DNA of 28,529 nucleotides from a virus. Taxonomy: Duplodnaviria > Caudoviricetes. The notes beneath the pieces are model-generated. The model did no database searches. It had not been told where the DNA came from and worked only from the letters and a program-made list of their open reading frames with translations. Position 1 is the stretch's first letter, and every line of letters starts with the position of its first letter. This document shows positions 10,229 through 17,726 of the stretch, piece after piece. The stretch covers positions 1 through 28,529 of IMG/VR virus record IMGVR_UViG_3300046010_012620. One strand, given 5' to 3'. The translations under genes were made by a program, and so were the position numbers.

Positions 10229-10237
10229 GAATAACAG

Positions 10238-10594
10238 TTATTTTTTACCTGCTTTGCTAGTATATATAGGTGTGCTTTGAGTAGGATTAGGTACATCAGG
10301 TCTACTTACTTTCGACTTATAGACGGGTTTACTTGCTATAGCATCTGGAATAGGAGATTTAAACGATTTAGTCTTTTCGGTAATCATTTCTCCTTTACCG
10401 GCTGCTTTATTATATTCTTCACGTTCTTTTTCGTAAAATTCGTTCATACTATTGAACGTAAATCTACGTAGCCAGATAGGCATATTATAGACCGTGTCCC
10501 AGTCGTAGCCTCCTTTACCAAAGAAAACTATCTCGTGTATTTGTCGGAATAAATCTGATCTATACTCGGGCGGTAGGGTAAAAAAAGGAAATAT
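10238..10594 (-). CDS. Tail assembly chaperone, second part (T4 gp51-like); probably made as a frameshift fusion with the upstream gene
   Basis: The track ORF starts at ATG 10483, but the frame is open 37 codons further upstream (IFPFFTLPPEYRSDLFRQIHEIVFFGKGGYDWDTVYN) with no ATG/GTG/TTG. It overlaps the upstream gene at a T7 run. Confidence 0.7.
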   Translation of the reverse strand: MFPFFTLPPEYRSDLFRQIHEIVFFGKGGYDWDTVYNMPIWLRRFTFNSMNEFYEKEREEYNKAAGKGEMITEKTKSFKSPIPDAIASKPVYKSKVSRPDVPNPTQSTPIYTSKAGKK

Positions 10595-11324
10595 TTAATG
10601 GTATCTCTACACCCTCCTGTGTGTAGCCGTCGGAGCCGACGAAAGTAAAAGTGAGGTCTAAATCAGGAGATATCTTTTTTATATGATCTCTGAAGGCTCT
10701 AGCATCTGTTGCTAGAAGGTAGTTATCAATGAAATCCCTTACAGTCTTCTTATCTCTATCGCCATTAACGGCAATGATTGTTTGTTTTAATCTTGTAGTT
10801 ACTTCGGCAGATAAATTAGCTTTTTTCAAGCCCTTTAGTTCTTCCTCGATGATTCTTTCATCTCCGTGTGTGAGAATTTTAAAAGTAATTTCGTTTTGAG
10901 AAGCTGGAAGAGTAAATGTGAATTCGTTAATGTTACTGTATGTACTGTAATCTACATCTCTATTCTTTAAAGTAGAGAGATCGATACTGATCGCTTCATC
11001 CTCTCCGGTTACAGGATGTGCCATTTTAACGTGGTAATCTTTTCCATAACCAAGGATACGGGCCGCTATTAGAACTGCGTTCTTATCGCCTACAGTTAGA
11101 TCGTCGTAGTTGATTTTAGAAACGATAAGTGAGTTAAGTAACTTATCGAAAACTGTACCCTGCCTTATATAGTTTGGGTTAGAGAGGATATCTTCCTCTT
11201 TTGCTGTCATGTACTTCATTTCAATAACCCCTGAGGATAAAGGGTTATCTAAGGGATACAAAAGCCCTTTGGAAGGGAGTTCTACTGTTTCAGTAGGTAG
11301 CGATAACTTGGTTTGTGTACTCAT
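10560..11324 (-). CDS. Baseplate hub assembly / tail assembly chaperone (T4 gp26-like)
   Basis: LPSKGLLYP, MTAKEEDIL, GDKNAVLIAARILGYG, FTLPAS and terminal SFFYP motifs; lies between tube and tape measure. Confidence 0.8.
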   Translation of the reverse strand: MSTQTKLSLPTETVELPSKGLLYPLDNPLSSGVIEMKYMTAKEEDILSNPNYIRQGTVFDKLLNSLIVSKINYDDLTVGDKNAVLIAARILGYGKDYHVKMAHPVTGEDEAISIDLSTLKNRDVDYSTYSNINEFTFTLPASQNEITFKILTHGDERIIEEELKGLKKANLSAEVTTRLKQTIIAVNGDRDKKTVRDFIDNYLLATDARAFRDHIKKISPDLDLTFTFVGSDGYTQEGVEIPLNISFFYPTARV

Positions 11325-11369
11325 AATCTTGATTTATGTTATATATACATAAATATATCAAGTATGAGT
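11319..11369 (-). promoter_or_regulatory. Late motif ATATTTAT (11349-11356) inside a 19-bp bulged hairpin that covers the start codon
   Basis: Minus strand reads ACTCATA CTTG atat ATTTATGT [ATATATA] ACATAAAT CAAG at TATGAGT. Confidence 0.65.
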
Positions 11370-11382
11370 TTTTTTACCTATT

Positions 11383-11826
11383 CTAGAACAAATTCCAGTT
11401 CCAGGGGTCGGCGTAGATAGTAACTGCAATAAATACAAGGATCCATACAATAGATACTCTAATATTATCCCAAACCTCTCTCATATTATCTCGTCTACTA
11501 ATCTCGGCCTCTAACTCCGAGGTCCAGGTTCCGTTATACATTGCATCAAGAGACTCGTAAGAGCTTCTATTGAAATCATACTTAGGGTCAGTCCACTTAA
11601 ACCTAGTCATAAGGTTACCTAGTCTACGGAAGAAGGCTCCTACAAACTGGCCGAAAGCAGTACTTTCTAGACCTAGCCACCCTAATACTTTCATAACTAT
11701 CTTCTCAATACCGCACTTAACCATAACACACACAAACCATATAAACCTAACCATAAAGAAGGCTATAAAAAGCCCGATAATAACTCCTACATCGTAGGCC
11801 GTAATTCTGTCCATAAAGTCAAACAT
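11383..11826 (-). CDS. Hypothetical membrane protein (moron-like insertion in the tail operon)
   Basis: 147 aa with hydrophobic segments at both ends (VGVIIGLFIAFFMVRFIWFVCVMV; VSIVWILVFIAVTIYA) and its own host-type promoter. Confidence 0.7.
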   Translation of the reverse strand: MFDFMDRITAYDVGVIIGLFIAFFMVRFIWFVCVMVKCGIEKIVMKVLGWLGLESTAFGQFVGAFFRRLGNLMTRFKWTDPKYDFNRSSYESLDAMYNGTWTSELEAEISRRDNMREVWDNIRVSIVWILVFIAVTIYADPWNWNLF

Positions 11827-11844
11827 AACATTGATTTTTATACC

Positions 11845-11876
11845 TAAATATAACGGATAACCCCATAGGAAACAAC
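11845..11876 (-). promoter_or_regulatory. Bacteroidota sigma70-type (early/middle) promoter
   Basis: Minus strand GTTG-N20-TATATTTA, 18 nt before ATG 11826. Confidence 0.65.
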
Positions 11877-11897
11877 TTTTTACAGTGATATATCTTA

Positions 11898-11992
11898 TTG
11901 AGAATCAATGAGTTATGAATATTAGGGTTTCTGTAAGATTCATAAAAAAAGCCGCTTTTTAGGCGGCTTCTAATGTGTTGAGAATCAATGAG
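11898..11992. repeat. 15-bp direct repeat TTGAGAATCAATGAG (11898-11912 and 11978-11992)
   Basis: Two exact copies 80 bp apart flanking the terminator. The core TTGA-N3-TCAA is palindromic. Confidence 0.85.
11944..11969 (-). terminator. Rho-independent terminator after the tail tube gene
   Basis: Minus strand AAGCCGC-ctaaaaa-GCGGCTT running into a T tract, about 26 nt after the tube stop codon. Confidence 0.85.
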
Positions 11993-11995
11993 ATA

Positions 11996-12481
11996 TCAAT
12001 AGTTGAGGATACAGTAATCCATTCCGATACCTAATTCTATGGTAATTGCGTCTTGATTTGACCAATCGTAAGATCCGAAGTTTGCAGTCTTAACGAAAGC
12101 TCCCTTAATAATCCACTCAGAAACCACGTCGCCTACAGGTCCAAGGATTGATAGATTCAAATCCTTTTTATAGAAGTCAGAATATCCGTCACGTCCAGTT
12201 ACGGATTCGTGTGATAAACGTATCCACTCGATACAGGCCTGCTGTCCAGAAGGAGAGATAGGATTGTAAAGGTTAAGGGTCATATCTTGCCATTCGGCCT
12301 TACCCTTGATCTTCCGGTAGATATTAATGTGGTCTAGCTTTACCTCATTCAAGTTGATATTGGGTGCTGTAGCACTCTTAATCATGAAAGAAGGAATGCC
12401 GTCAATATACATGATAAACCGGTTCTGAACCGTTGGTTCATAGGCCGTGAACATTATTTCATTTGGATCTAGTACTGGCAT
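11996..12481 (-). CDS. Tail tube protein (T4 gp19-like)
   Basis: 161 aa; NRFIMYIDGIP, KGKAEWQDMTLNLYNPI, GPVGDVVSEWIIKGAF; downstream of the sheath gene. Confidence 0.92.
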   Translation of the reverse strand: MPVLDPNEIMFTAYEPTVQNRFIMYIDGIPSFMIKSATAPNINLNEVKLDHINIYRKIKGKAEWQDMTLNLYNPISPSGQQACIEWIRLSHESVTGRDGYSDFYKKDLNLSILGPVGDVVSEWIIKGAFVKTANFGSYDWSNQDAITIELGIGMDYCILNY

Positions 12482-12497
12482 TTTATTCTTGTTTTAT

Positions 12498-12505
12498 ATA
12501 AATAT
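12498..12505 (-). promoter_or_regulatory. Putative late promoter motif ATATTTAT (tube)
   Basis: 16 nt upstream of ATG 12481. Confidence 0.65.
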
Positions 12506-12523
12506 CTATTAGTACAGAACCTA

Positions 12524-13246
12524 TTACTTAGCTTCCTTCTCTATTTTTTTTGCTGCTTCTACTGCTTTAGCTGCGTCTTTATCTGAAACGCCTGCTTTTT
12601 TAAGTTTACCTCCTAGAGCAACAGCGCCTCCTAAAGCGGCAATTAGAACAGGAAGGTAATCAGTCAATTGAGCTAAAACACCTCCAGGAGGTAAGTGCGT
12701 AAATCCTTGCTGCATAGCACTCATAGTTTGGGGGTCAAGCTCATTTATCTCATCTCCTTCAGCTGTAATGGTCTCCATCTCTTTCTTTACACCACCAGTA
12801 GTTGCCTTAAACGTTTTGGTTGCGGCTTTAAGAGGATTGACGATACTTCCCTTCTGTACCTTATCGATTACGTCGTCTAGAAGTGCGATTATTGCGCCGA
12901 TTTCAGAGCTATCGAGGCCCTTCATAAGGCTTACTTGCCTGGCTAGATCAAGAAGCTTTTTCTTGAAATCACTTATGTTATACACCATGTTAGGCTGATC
13001 ATTCTTAGACAAATTTAGCGCTTCCGGTCTTACCTTCTTATCGCTATGCTTTTCAGCTTTTGCTCCTTTATCGGCTTTAGCCTCTTCTTTAGGTGCTTTT
13101 TCTTTCTTCTCACCTTTAGGTGTTTTAACGGCCTCGGTATAAGCACCGCCTGACATATCACCTTTGGCTTCAGTCAATACCTGCTTGGCAAGTGATTCGA
13201 ACAATTGCTTTGATAAATGCAATCTAACTTTTGTGTTATTTTTCAT
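12524..13246 (-). CDS. Hypothetical Lys/Glu-rich protein, possibly virion-internal
   Basis: 240 aa between sheath and tube, with a charged low-complexity stretch and a C-terminal hydrophobic helix LPVLIAALGGAVALGG. Confidence 0.65.
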   Translation of the reverse strand: MKNNTKVRLHLSKQLFESLAKQVLTEAKGDMSGGAYTEAVKTPKGEKKEKAPKEEAKADKGAKAEKHSDKKVRPEALNLSKNDQPNMVYNISDFKKKLLDLARQVSLMKGLDSSEIGAIIALLDDVIDKVQKGSIVNPLKAATKTFKATTGGVKKEMETITAEGDEINELDPQTMSAMQQGFTHLPPGGVLAQLTDYLPVLIAALGGAVALGGKLKKAGVSDKDAAKAVEAAKKIEKEAK

Positions 13247-13264
13247 CTAGAGTTATTTTTTATT

Positions 13265-15034
13265 TTATGCACCAAACGTAACACCGGTTGGTAAGATGTT
13301 GAAATCAAGTTGAATGAATTCAGCTGTTCTAGTAGGCTGTAGGTAAATAGCACCTACAAGAAGGTTACGGTCAATTACATCTGGTGTATTATTGGTCTCA
13401 TCCATTACTACACGGAAGGCATATAGACCTTGACGCTGTTGTACGTAATCAAGATATGGATTAACTTGAGATAGGAAACGATTACGTGTAACGGCTGTAT
13501 TCTGCTCGAATACCAAAGTCTGGGCAATCTGACCGATATAGCTCTTAAGGGCGATCAATAGACGACGTACATTCACTCTATCTAGTGCAGAAGCACGAGC
13601 TTGTAGTGTCTTTTGTCCATATACTACTGTACCTTGACCGGGGAATACTGCGATTGGGTTAACGCGACCTGTATATAATGTATTACGTTGACCTACAGTT
13701 AGACGTCTTTCAGGCTGGATTACAGTTGGAAGACCTCCGCGATTTAGACCAGCGGGTGCAAACCACTCAGCTGATACCTTATCGTTGTACTCGTATACTC
13801 CGGGGATAATTACTGAAGCAGGTACGAAGTTCAGACGTCCGGTTTCGATTGAGCGAACCTGTAACCATGGCCAATATGTAGCACCATAGCTATTGTCGTA
13901 AGACTGCGCTGCTGTAGTTACAAGGTTAATGGCTTGATTATATCCAACCATATCAACTACTGCAATAGCATCTCCACGATTCTGAACCATTGCAAGAAGG
14001 CTACTGATTATTGAGGTAGCGTTTTGATTTGTGATACCTGGAGCATATATCGAATCATATACGTACTGGTCTTGATTGGCCAGCAAATTGATAGCAGTAG
14101 CGTAATTGTCAGGGAATACACCTTGAATATTTGTTGCTGAGTTAGAACCTACTGAAGTTATAGTTGGGATTTGCTCGAATAAGTTCAATGGAGCAAGACC
14201 GAAACAACCGTACAAGGGACCTACAGCACCACCGAAAGCACCGTTTTGAGATCCGCTACCGTTCAAAGGAATTGAGGCGGTGTAGGCGGCATAAGGACGG
14301 CCTTGTGGATTTAGGTAGTTAGGAGTCGGTAGGTTAACGTTTCTAACACGTACATATAATGATGAGTTAGGATAGCTACCGGTAATCTCTAAATATTGCT
14401 GTCCATCGCTATCTGTAGCTACGGTTTGGGTTTGATCACCGATTACGTAGGCAATATAGTTATTCTGATTAGGATCAAGAGAAAGGTTTGTCCAAGTCTC
14501 AAGTACGGTTTGGTTGGCTGTATAATCATCTCCTCTTCTAATCAAAAGAGTAAAGAGGCCGGAAGCTGAATCGGCTTGAGTAACTTGCCATCTAATATTA
14601 TTTATAGACCCTGAAGGTAGAATACCGTTGAGTGCTGTTGTTGCACCCTGGTTATTGTTCATAATAGTACCTACTGAAAGGGTTTCAAGTACGAAAGGAG
14701 TCTCGCCAGCAAGACTACAAGGGATAAGGGATGAAGTCGCTGCTGTATAGGATCCACTAGCAACTCTCGTTACAAGAAGTGAAGTACCTCCTTGTTGGAA
14801 GTAGTTATAAGCGGCTTGCGAAGTTAAATACTCGTAGGTGTTACTGTTAGATACAAAGGTAGTTCCGAATCTAGCTTTATACTGAGAATAGGAAGTTACG
14901 AGTGTTGGGATATTAGGTCTACCTACAACGGTTGGACCGATTAAGGCGGCTCCTACTGTTACTGGACCTGCAGTTACCTGGGAAAGGTCGTTTTCTCTTA
15001 GGAATACACCTGGTGAAATTAATGCTTCTGCCAT
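13265..15034 (-). CDS. Contractile tail sheath protein (T4 gp18-like)
   Basis: ISPGVFLRENDLS N-terminus; YGATYWPW, WFAPAGLNRG, VYGQKTLQ, DRVNVRRLLI, FEQN, LQPTRTAEFIQLDF. Confidence 0.96.
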   Translation of the reverse strand: MAEALISPGVFLRENDLSQVTAGPVTVGAALIGPTVVGRPNIPTLVTSYSQYKARFGTTFVSNSNTYEYLTSQAAYNYFQQGGTSLLVTRVASGSYTAATSSLIPCSLAGETPFVLETLSVGTIMNNNQGATTALNGILPSGSINNIRWQVTQADSASGLFTLLIRRGDDYTANQTVLETWTNLSLDPNQNNYIAYVIGDQTQTVATDSDGQQYLEITGSYPNSSLYVRVRNVNLPTPNYLNPQGRPYAAYTASIPLNGSGSQNGAFGGAVGPLYGCFGLAPLNLFEQIPTITSVGSNSATNIQGVFPDNYATAINLLANQDQYVYDSIYAPGITNQNATSIISSLLAMVQNRGDAIAVVDMVGYNQAINLVTTAAQSYDNSYGATYWPWLQVRSIETGRLNFVPASVIIPGVYEYNDKVSAEWFAPAGLNRGGLPTVIQPERRLTVGQRNTLYTGRVNPIAVFPGQGTVVYGQKTLQARASALDRVNVRRLLIALKSYIGQIAQTLVFEQNTAVTRNRFLSQVNPYLDYVQQRQGLYAFRVVMDETNNTPDVIDRNLLVGAIYLQPTRTAEFIQLDFNILPTGVTFGA

Positions 15035-15055
15035 TTTAATAATTTATTTCTAGTA

Positions 15056-15063
15056 ATAAATAT
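15056..15063 (-). promoter_or_regulatory. Putative late promoter motif ATATTTAT (sheath)
   Basis: 21 nt upstream of ATG 15034, within an inverted repeat (15042-15048 / 15055-15061). Confidence 0.65.
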
Positions 15064-15108
15064 CAGTCCATAAAGGCAAAACCTAATTTATTCCCAAGGA
15101 GTACTCAC

Positions 15109-15363
15109 TTATGCAGGAAGCGGAGAGATATCTCCAGTTTCGGGATCAATACTGCCATCACCGTACTTTTCTCCAAGCTGTTTAAGTTGCACGCGCTGTT
15201 TAAGTGCATTAGATTTAATAGCTTCTTTTAGGTTCTCTAATTCGAGATCAAGTAGAGTTCTTTGAAAATGTAACTCACCTAGAATTGCCGCTAGACGAGC
15301 GGCCTCTTGTCTGTTGTTTTGAAACTCTTGTAACTCTTCTGGAGATAATGTCTGTTTTTCCAT
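15109..15363 (-). CDS. Small coiled-coil hypothetical protein
   Basis: 84 aa with a heptad pattern, ending LGEKYGDGSIDPETGDI. Confidence 0.75.
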   Translation of the reverse strand: MEKQTLSPEELQEFQNNRQEAARLAAILGELHFQRTLLDLELENLKEAIKSNALKQRVQLKQLGEKYGDGSIDPETGDISPLPA

Positions 15364-15370
15364 GTTTTAT

Positions 15371-15511
15371 TTATTTTGTAACTTTTTTGGCTGCTTTCTT
15401 ACGTGGTTTTTTGACTTCAGCAGGCTGTACTTCTAGAACAGGGGTCTCAACTTCAGGCTCAGGCTTAATGAAAAGACTCTTCAACTTGTTGATGATCTTA
15501 CTAAGTACCAT
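15371..15511 (-). CDS. Small basic hypothetical protein (46 aa, below the track cutoff)
   Basis: My translation is MVLSKIINKLKSLFIKPEPEVETPVLEVQPAEVKKPRKKAAKKVTK. It fills the gap exactly and is preceded by CTATTTAT (15529-15536) and ATATTTAT (15561-15568). Confidence 0.65.
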   Translation of the reverse strand: MVLSKIINKLKSLFIKPEPEVETPVLEVQPAEVKKPRKKAAKKVTK

Positions 15512-15585
15512 GGTTTAGTTATTTGGTAATAAATAGTATTGAATCTATGGGATCTAATATATAAATATCTACTAAACTTGCAGAA

Positions 15586-15813
15586 TTAAACCTTTCTATC
15601 TTCTTCTTTCCTAAGTCCGTAATTAATCCACCTATACCATATCCTTTCGTGTATATAGTATTGAATAGGCTTATAGACTAGTTCGGCGATACCAAATGCC
15701 GCACCTATTTTGACTGAACCTGATACTCCCCACATTATTATAAAGCCAATTAGAGTGCTGATAACTCGATAGCTTACGGTTTTTGCTATATGTCGTTTTC
15801 TTTCAACTATCAT
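15586..15813 (-). CDS. DUF2061-family small membrane protein
   Basis: RHIAKTVSYRVISTL...KPIQYYIHERIW signature. I prefer the start at 15813 (MIVERKR) because it gives an ATGA overlap with the upstream stop. Confidence 0.8.
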   Translation of the reverse strand: MIVERKRHIAKTVSYRVISTLIGFIIMWGVSGSVKIGAAFGIAELVYKPIQYYIHERIWYRWINYGLRKEEDRKV

Positions 15814-16043
15814 CTTACTATTACTACATCTCCCTTCCAAATTACCTCTACTGCAGTACAGCTTACGTGGTGTTTTTCAACTTCTTGATTCCTAATCGAA
15901 TCCCAGACTGTATCTCGGGTTGTATGTACAGGGAGTTGAAAGATAACATTTGAGCAAATACGTTCTTGTCCGTCGACTAGTATTCGCCAAAAGCTATGAT
16001 TATCCTTACACTGGGTATTCCACCTTACTTTTACGTCTATCAT
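15810..16043 (-). CDS. Hypothetical protein
   Basis: 77 aa, coupled by ATGA overlaps on both sides within the sulfation operon. Confidence 0.7.
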   Translation of the reverse strand: MIDVKVRWNTQCKDNHSFWRILVDGQERICSNVIFQLPVHTTRDTVWDSIRNQEVEKHHVSCTAVEVIWKGDVVIVR

Positions 16044-16426
16044 AATTTTCCCTCCTGTTTCATTTGTTCACGGATTTTGGTTGCAGATATATCATGGATC
16101 TCTTGAGGAGGTACATGTTCTATTACGTCGTAGCCTATTCCTCTTCCGATATTAACCGATTCGATATCGGGAATTTTCATGATATGTAATTTTCCTGTTT
16201 CTAGGAGATCTCTTAGTTCGCTCGATAGGTTCATAAGAATCTCTTGAGCCGTCCACGGGTTCTTCTCGCTAACAGGGACATCGCGAATACAGAGAAGTAC
16301 CTTTTTTCCTTCTTCGAGAGCTTGATCAATTAACCATCTATGCCCAGAATGCCAGGGCTGCCATCTCCCGATGAACATTGCCCACTCTCCGGACTTATGT
16401 TCTGCTTTAGCTAGGTAGTTCTTCAT
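16040..16426 (-). CDS. HxGH nucleotidyltransferase (cytidylyltransferase-like); candidate minimal ATP sulfurylase
   Basis: FIGRWQPWHSGH and ISATKIR motifs; adjacent to APS kinase. Confidence 0.8.
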   Translation of the reverse strand: MKNYLAKAEHKSGEWAMFIGRWQPWHSGHRWLIDQALEEGKKVLLCIRDVPVSEKNPWTAQEILMNLSSELRDLLETGKLHIMKIPDIESVNIGRGIGYDVIEHVPPQEIHDISATKIREQMKQEGKL

Positions 16427-16862
16427 TAGTATAGCGTTTTATTGCATCTACGCATTCGGATATTGATAACTTAGACGTGTCTAAATGTAATATACGTTCT
16501 TTTTCTGGTATTTCAAAATCTTGCACGTGAAATTTTTCTCTCCCTCTTTCCCCTTCGTAGGTCAAGTATATCCACTTAACATCGTCGGTCAGATTCTTAA
16601 GGTAGTTACGTGCTTCTTTATAAGGATATACGAGAGATAGAATAATACCGTCACTACCTATACTATTCATGTAGTGAGCAATATCACTGGCTCTATTCAG
16701 ATTTTGAATACGGCCTTTTCTACTGAAATTTTTGTTTTTAAAGATTTCACGCAGTTCATCTCCGTCAATATTCCAGTATTCACCGAAACACTGTTCGTTT
16801 ACTAATTTTTTTGCCAGGGTAGACTTACCGCAGTGGGGCTGTCCGAATAATACTATAATCAT
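16407..16862 (-). CDS. cysC: Adenylylsulfate (APS) kinase-like protein
   Basis: P-loop GQPHCGKSTLA, IDGDELR, FSRKGRIQNLNR and SLVYPY match the CysC layout. Confidence 0.82.
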   Translation of the reverse strand: MIIVLFGQPHCGKSTLAKKLVNEQCFGEYWNIDGDELREIFKNKNFSRKGRIQNLNRASDIAHYMNSIGSDGIILSLVYPYKEARNYLKNLTDDVKWIYLTYEGERGREKFHVQDFEIPEKERILHLDTSKLSISECVDAIKRYTNEELPS

Positions 16863-17680
16863 TTTTTATAACCGAATATGTCAAAGAACCATTTGTGACT
16901 GTTGTAGATCCATTCGTAGGTGTAATCGCCTAATATGTCTCTTGAATCATCAGGTAGAGCACCTAATGTATTTCTAATTGTATGATCGCCATAAATACCG
17001 TGTACGGTATCATCTTCTACTGTGATTTGAGGTATATGGCTGAAGTTATGTTGGTAATAAGGTACTTCAAGATATTGATAGATACTCTGCATCATTGCCT
17101 CTGGTTTAGTGCAGAGATCCTCATATCTAATAATAAGAAAGTTTTGAGCTGTCTTATCAAGTATTGCTTGATATAGCTTTGGTACTGCATGCCCTATTGG
17201 ATGTCCTACGGCCCATTTTTCTACTCGCTGCTGTGTAGTTAAACCCGTTAATTTAGCATTGTCTATTTCACCCTGATCTCTATCGGGATTGGCTCTAAAT
17301 TTTTTCTCCATAGAAGCAAATACCGCTCTCAAATCCCTTACCATGTATAGCATTTTAGGATTTGGATAAATGTTATTCACTAAGGAGTAAACAGAACCCC
17401 AATTTCTATTTTTGTCTAGAATGTAAGGCTTGTCAGTTAAATTTTCGATATAACCTCTTAGTCCCTCTCTACAGAAGGCATAAAACCCGTCACGCCACAT
17501 TTCTTTATCCCCAGCGTATGCTTCTTTGTTTCCGTTATAACCAATTCTAGCACCTAGTACTAGATCAATCATACCGGAGGTAGGCGTAACATGAAAATCA
17601 GGATTTTGTCCAATGAGGTTTTGTAGTAATGTTGAACCGGCTCTAGGAAGTGAGCTTTGATAAAATATTTTTTGTCTCAT
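16859..17680 (-). CDS. PAPS-dependent sulfotransferase
   Basis: 5'-PSB loop SSLPRAGSTLL, 3'-PB motif VRDLRAVFAS, and IRYEDLCTKPE...IYQYLE. Confidence 0.9.
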   Translation of the reverse strand: MRQKIFYQSSLPRAGSTLLQNLIGQNPDFHVTPTSGMIDLVLGARIGYNGNKEAYAGDKEMWRDGFYAFCREGLRGYIENLTDKPYILDKNRNWGSVYSLVNNIYPNPKMLYMVRDLRAVFASMEKKFRANPDRDQGEIDNAKLTGLTTQQRVEKWAVGHPIGHAVPKLYQAILDKTAQNFLIIRYEDLCTKPEAMMQSIYQYLEVPYYQHNFSHIPQITVEDDTVHGIYGDHTIRNTLGALPDDSRDILGDYTYEWIYNSHKWFFDIFGYKK

Positions 17681-17689
17681 AACTTAATT

Positions 17690-17720
17690 TAAATATAACT
17701 AAATTTTTTATGTTTTCAAA
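17690..17720 (-). promoter_or_regulatory. Bacteroidota sigma70-type promoter for the sulfation operon
   Basis: Minus strand TTTG-N19-TATATTTA, 9 nt before ATG 17680. Confidence 0.7.
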
Positions 17721-17726
17721 ACTTTT

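Noticed and set aside
12470-12520. Start-codon hairpins at the tube gene (also at 15511, 19650, 25774 and 28214)
   Set aside because: Only short (5-6 bp) or heavily interrupted AT-rich pairings were found; too weak to claim without folding calculations.
15814-15840. Track start of the DUF2061 gene at 15840
   Set aside because: It would overlap the upstream gene by 31 nt; ATG 15813 gives the ATGA coupling seen elsewhere in the operon.
1550-17550. Other short + strand ORFs in the track (e.g. 7999-8517, 9397-9726, 11570-11797, 15285-15518)
   Set aside because: They overlap well-supported minus-strand genes and have no recognisable motifs.
15586-17680. Sulfur-assimilation auxiliary metabolic genes
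   Set aside because: No PAPS reductase or sulfite reductase is present here, and the kinase is coupled to a sulfotransferase, so PAPS is more likely used for sulfation.
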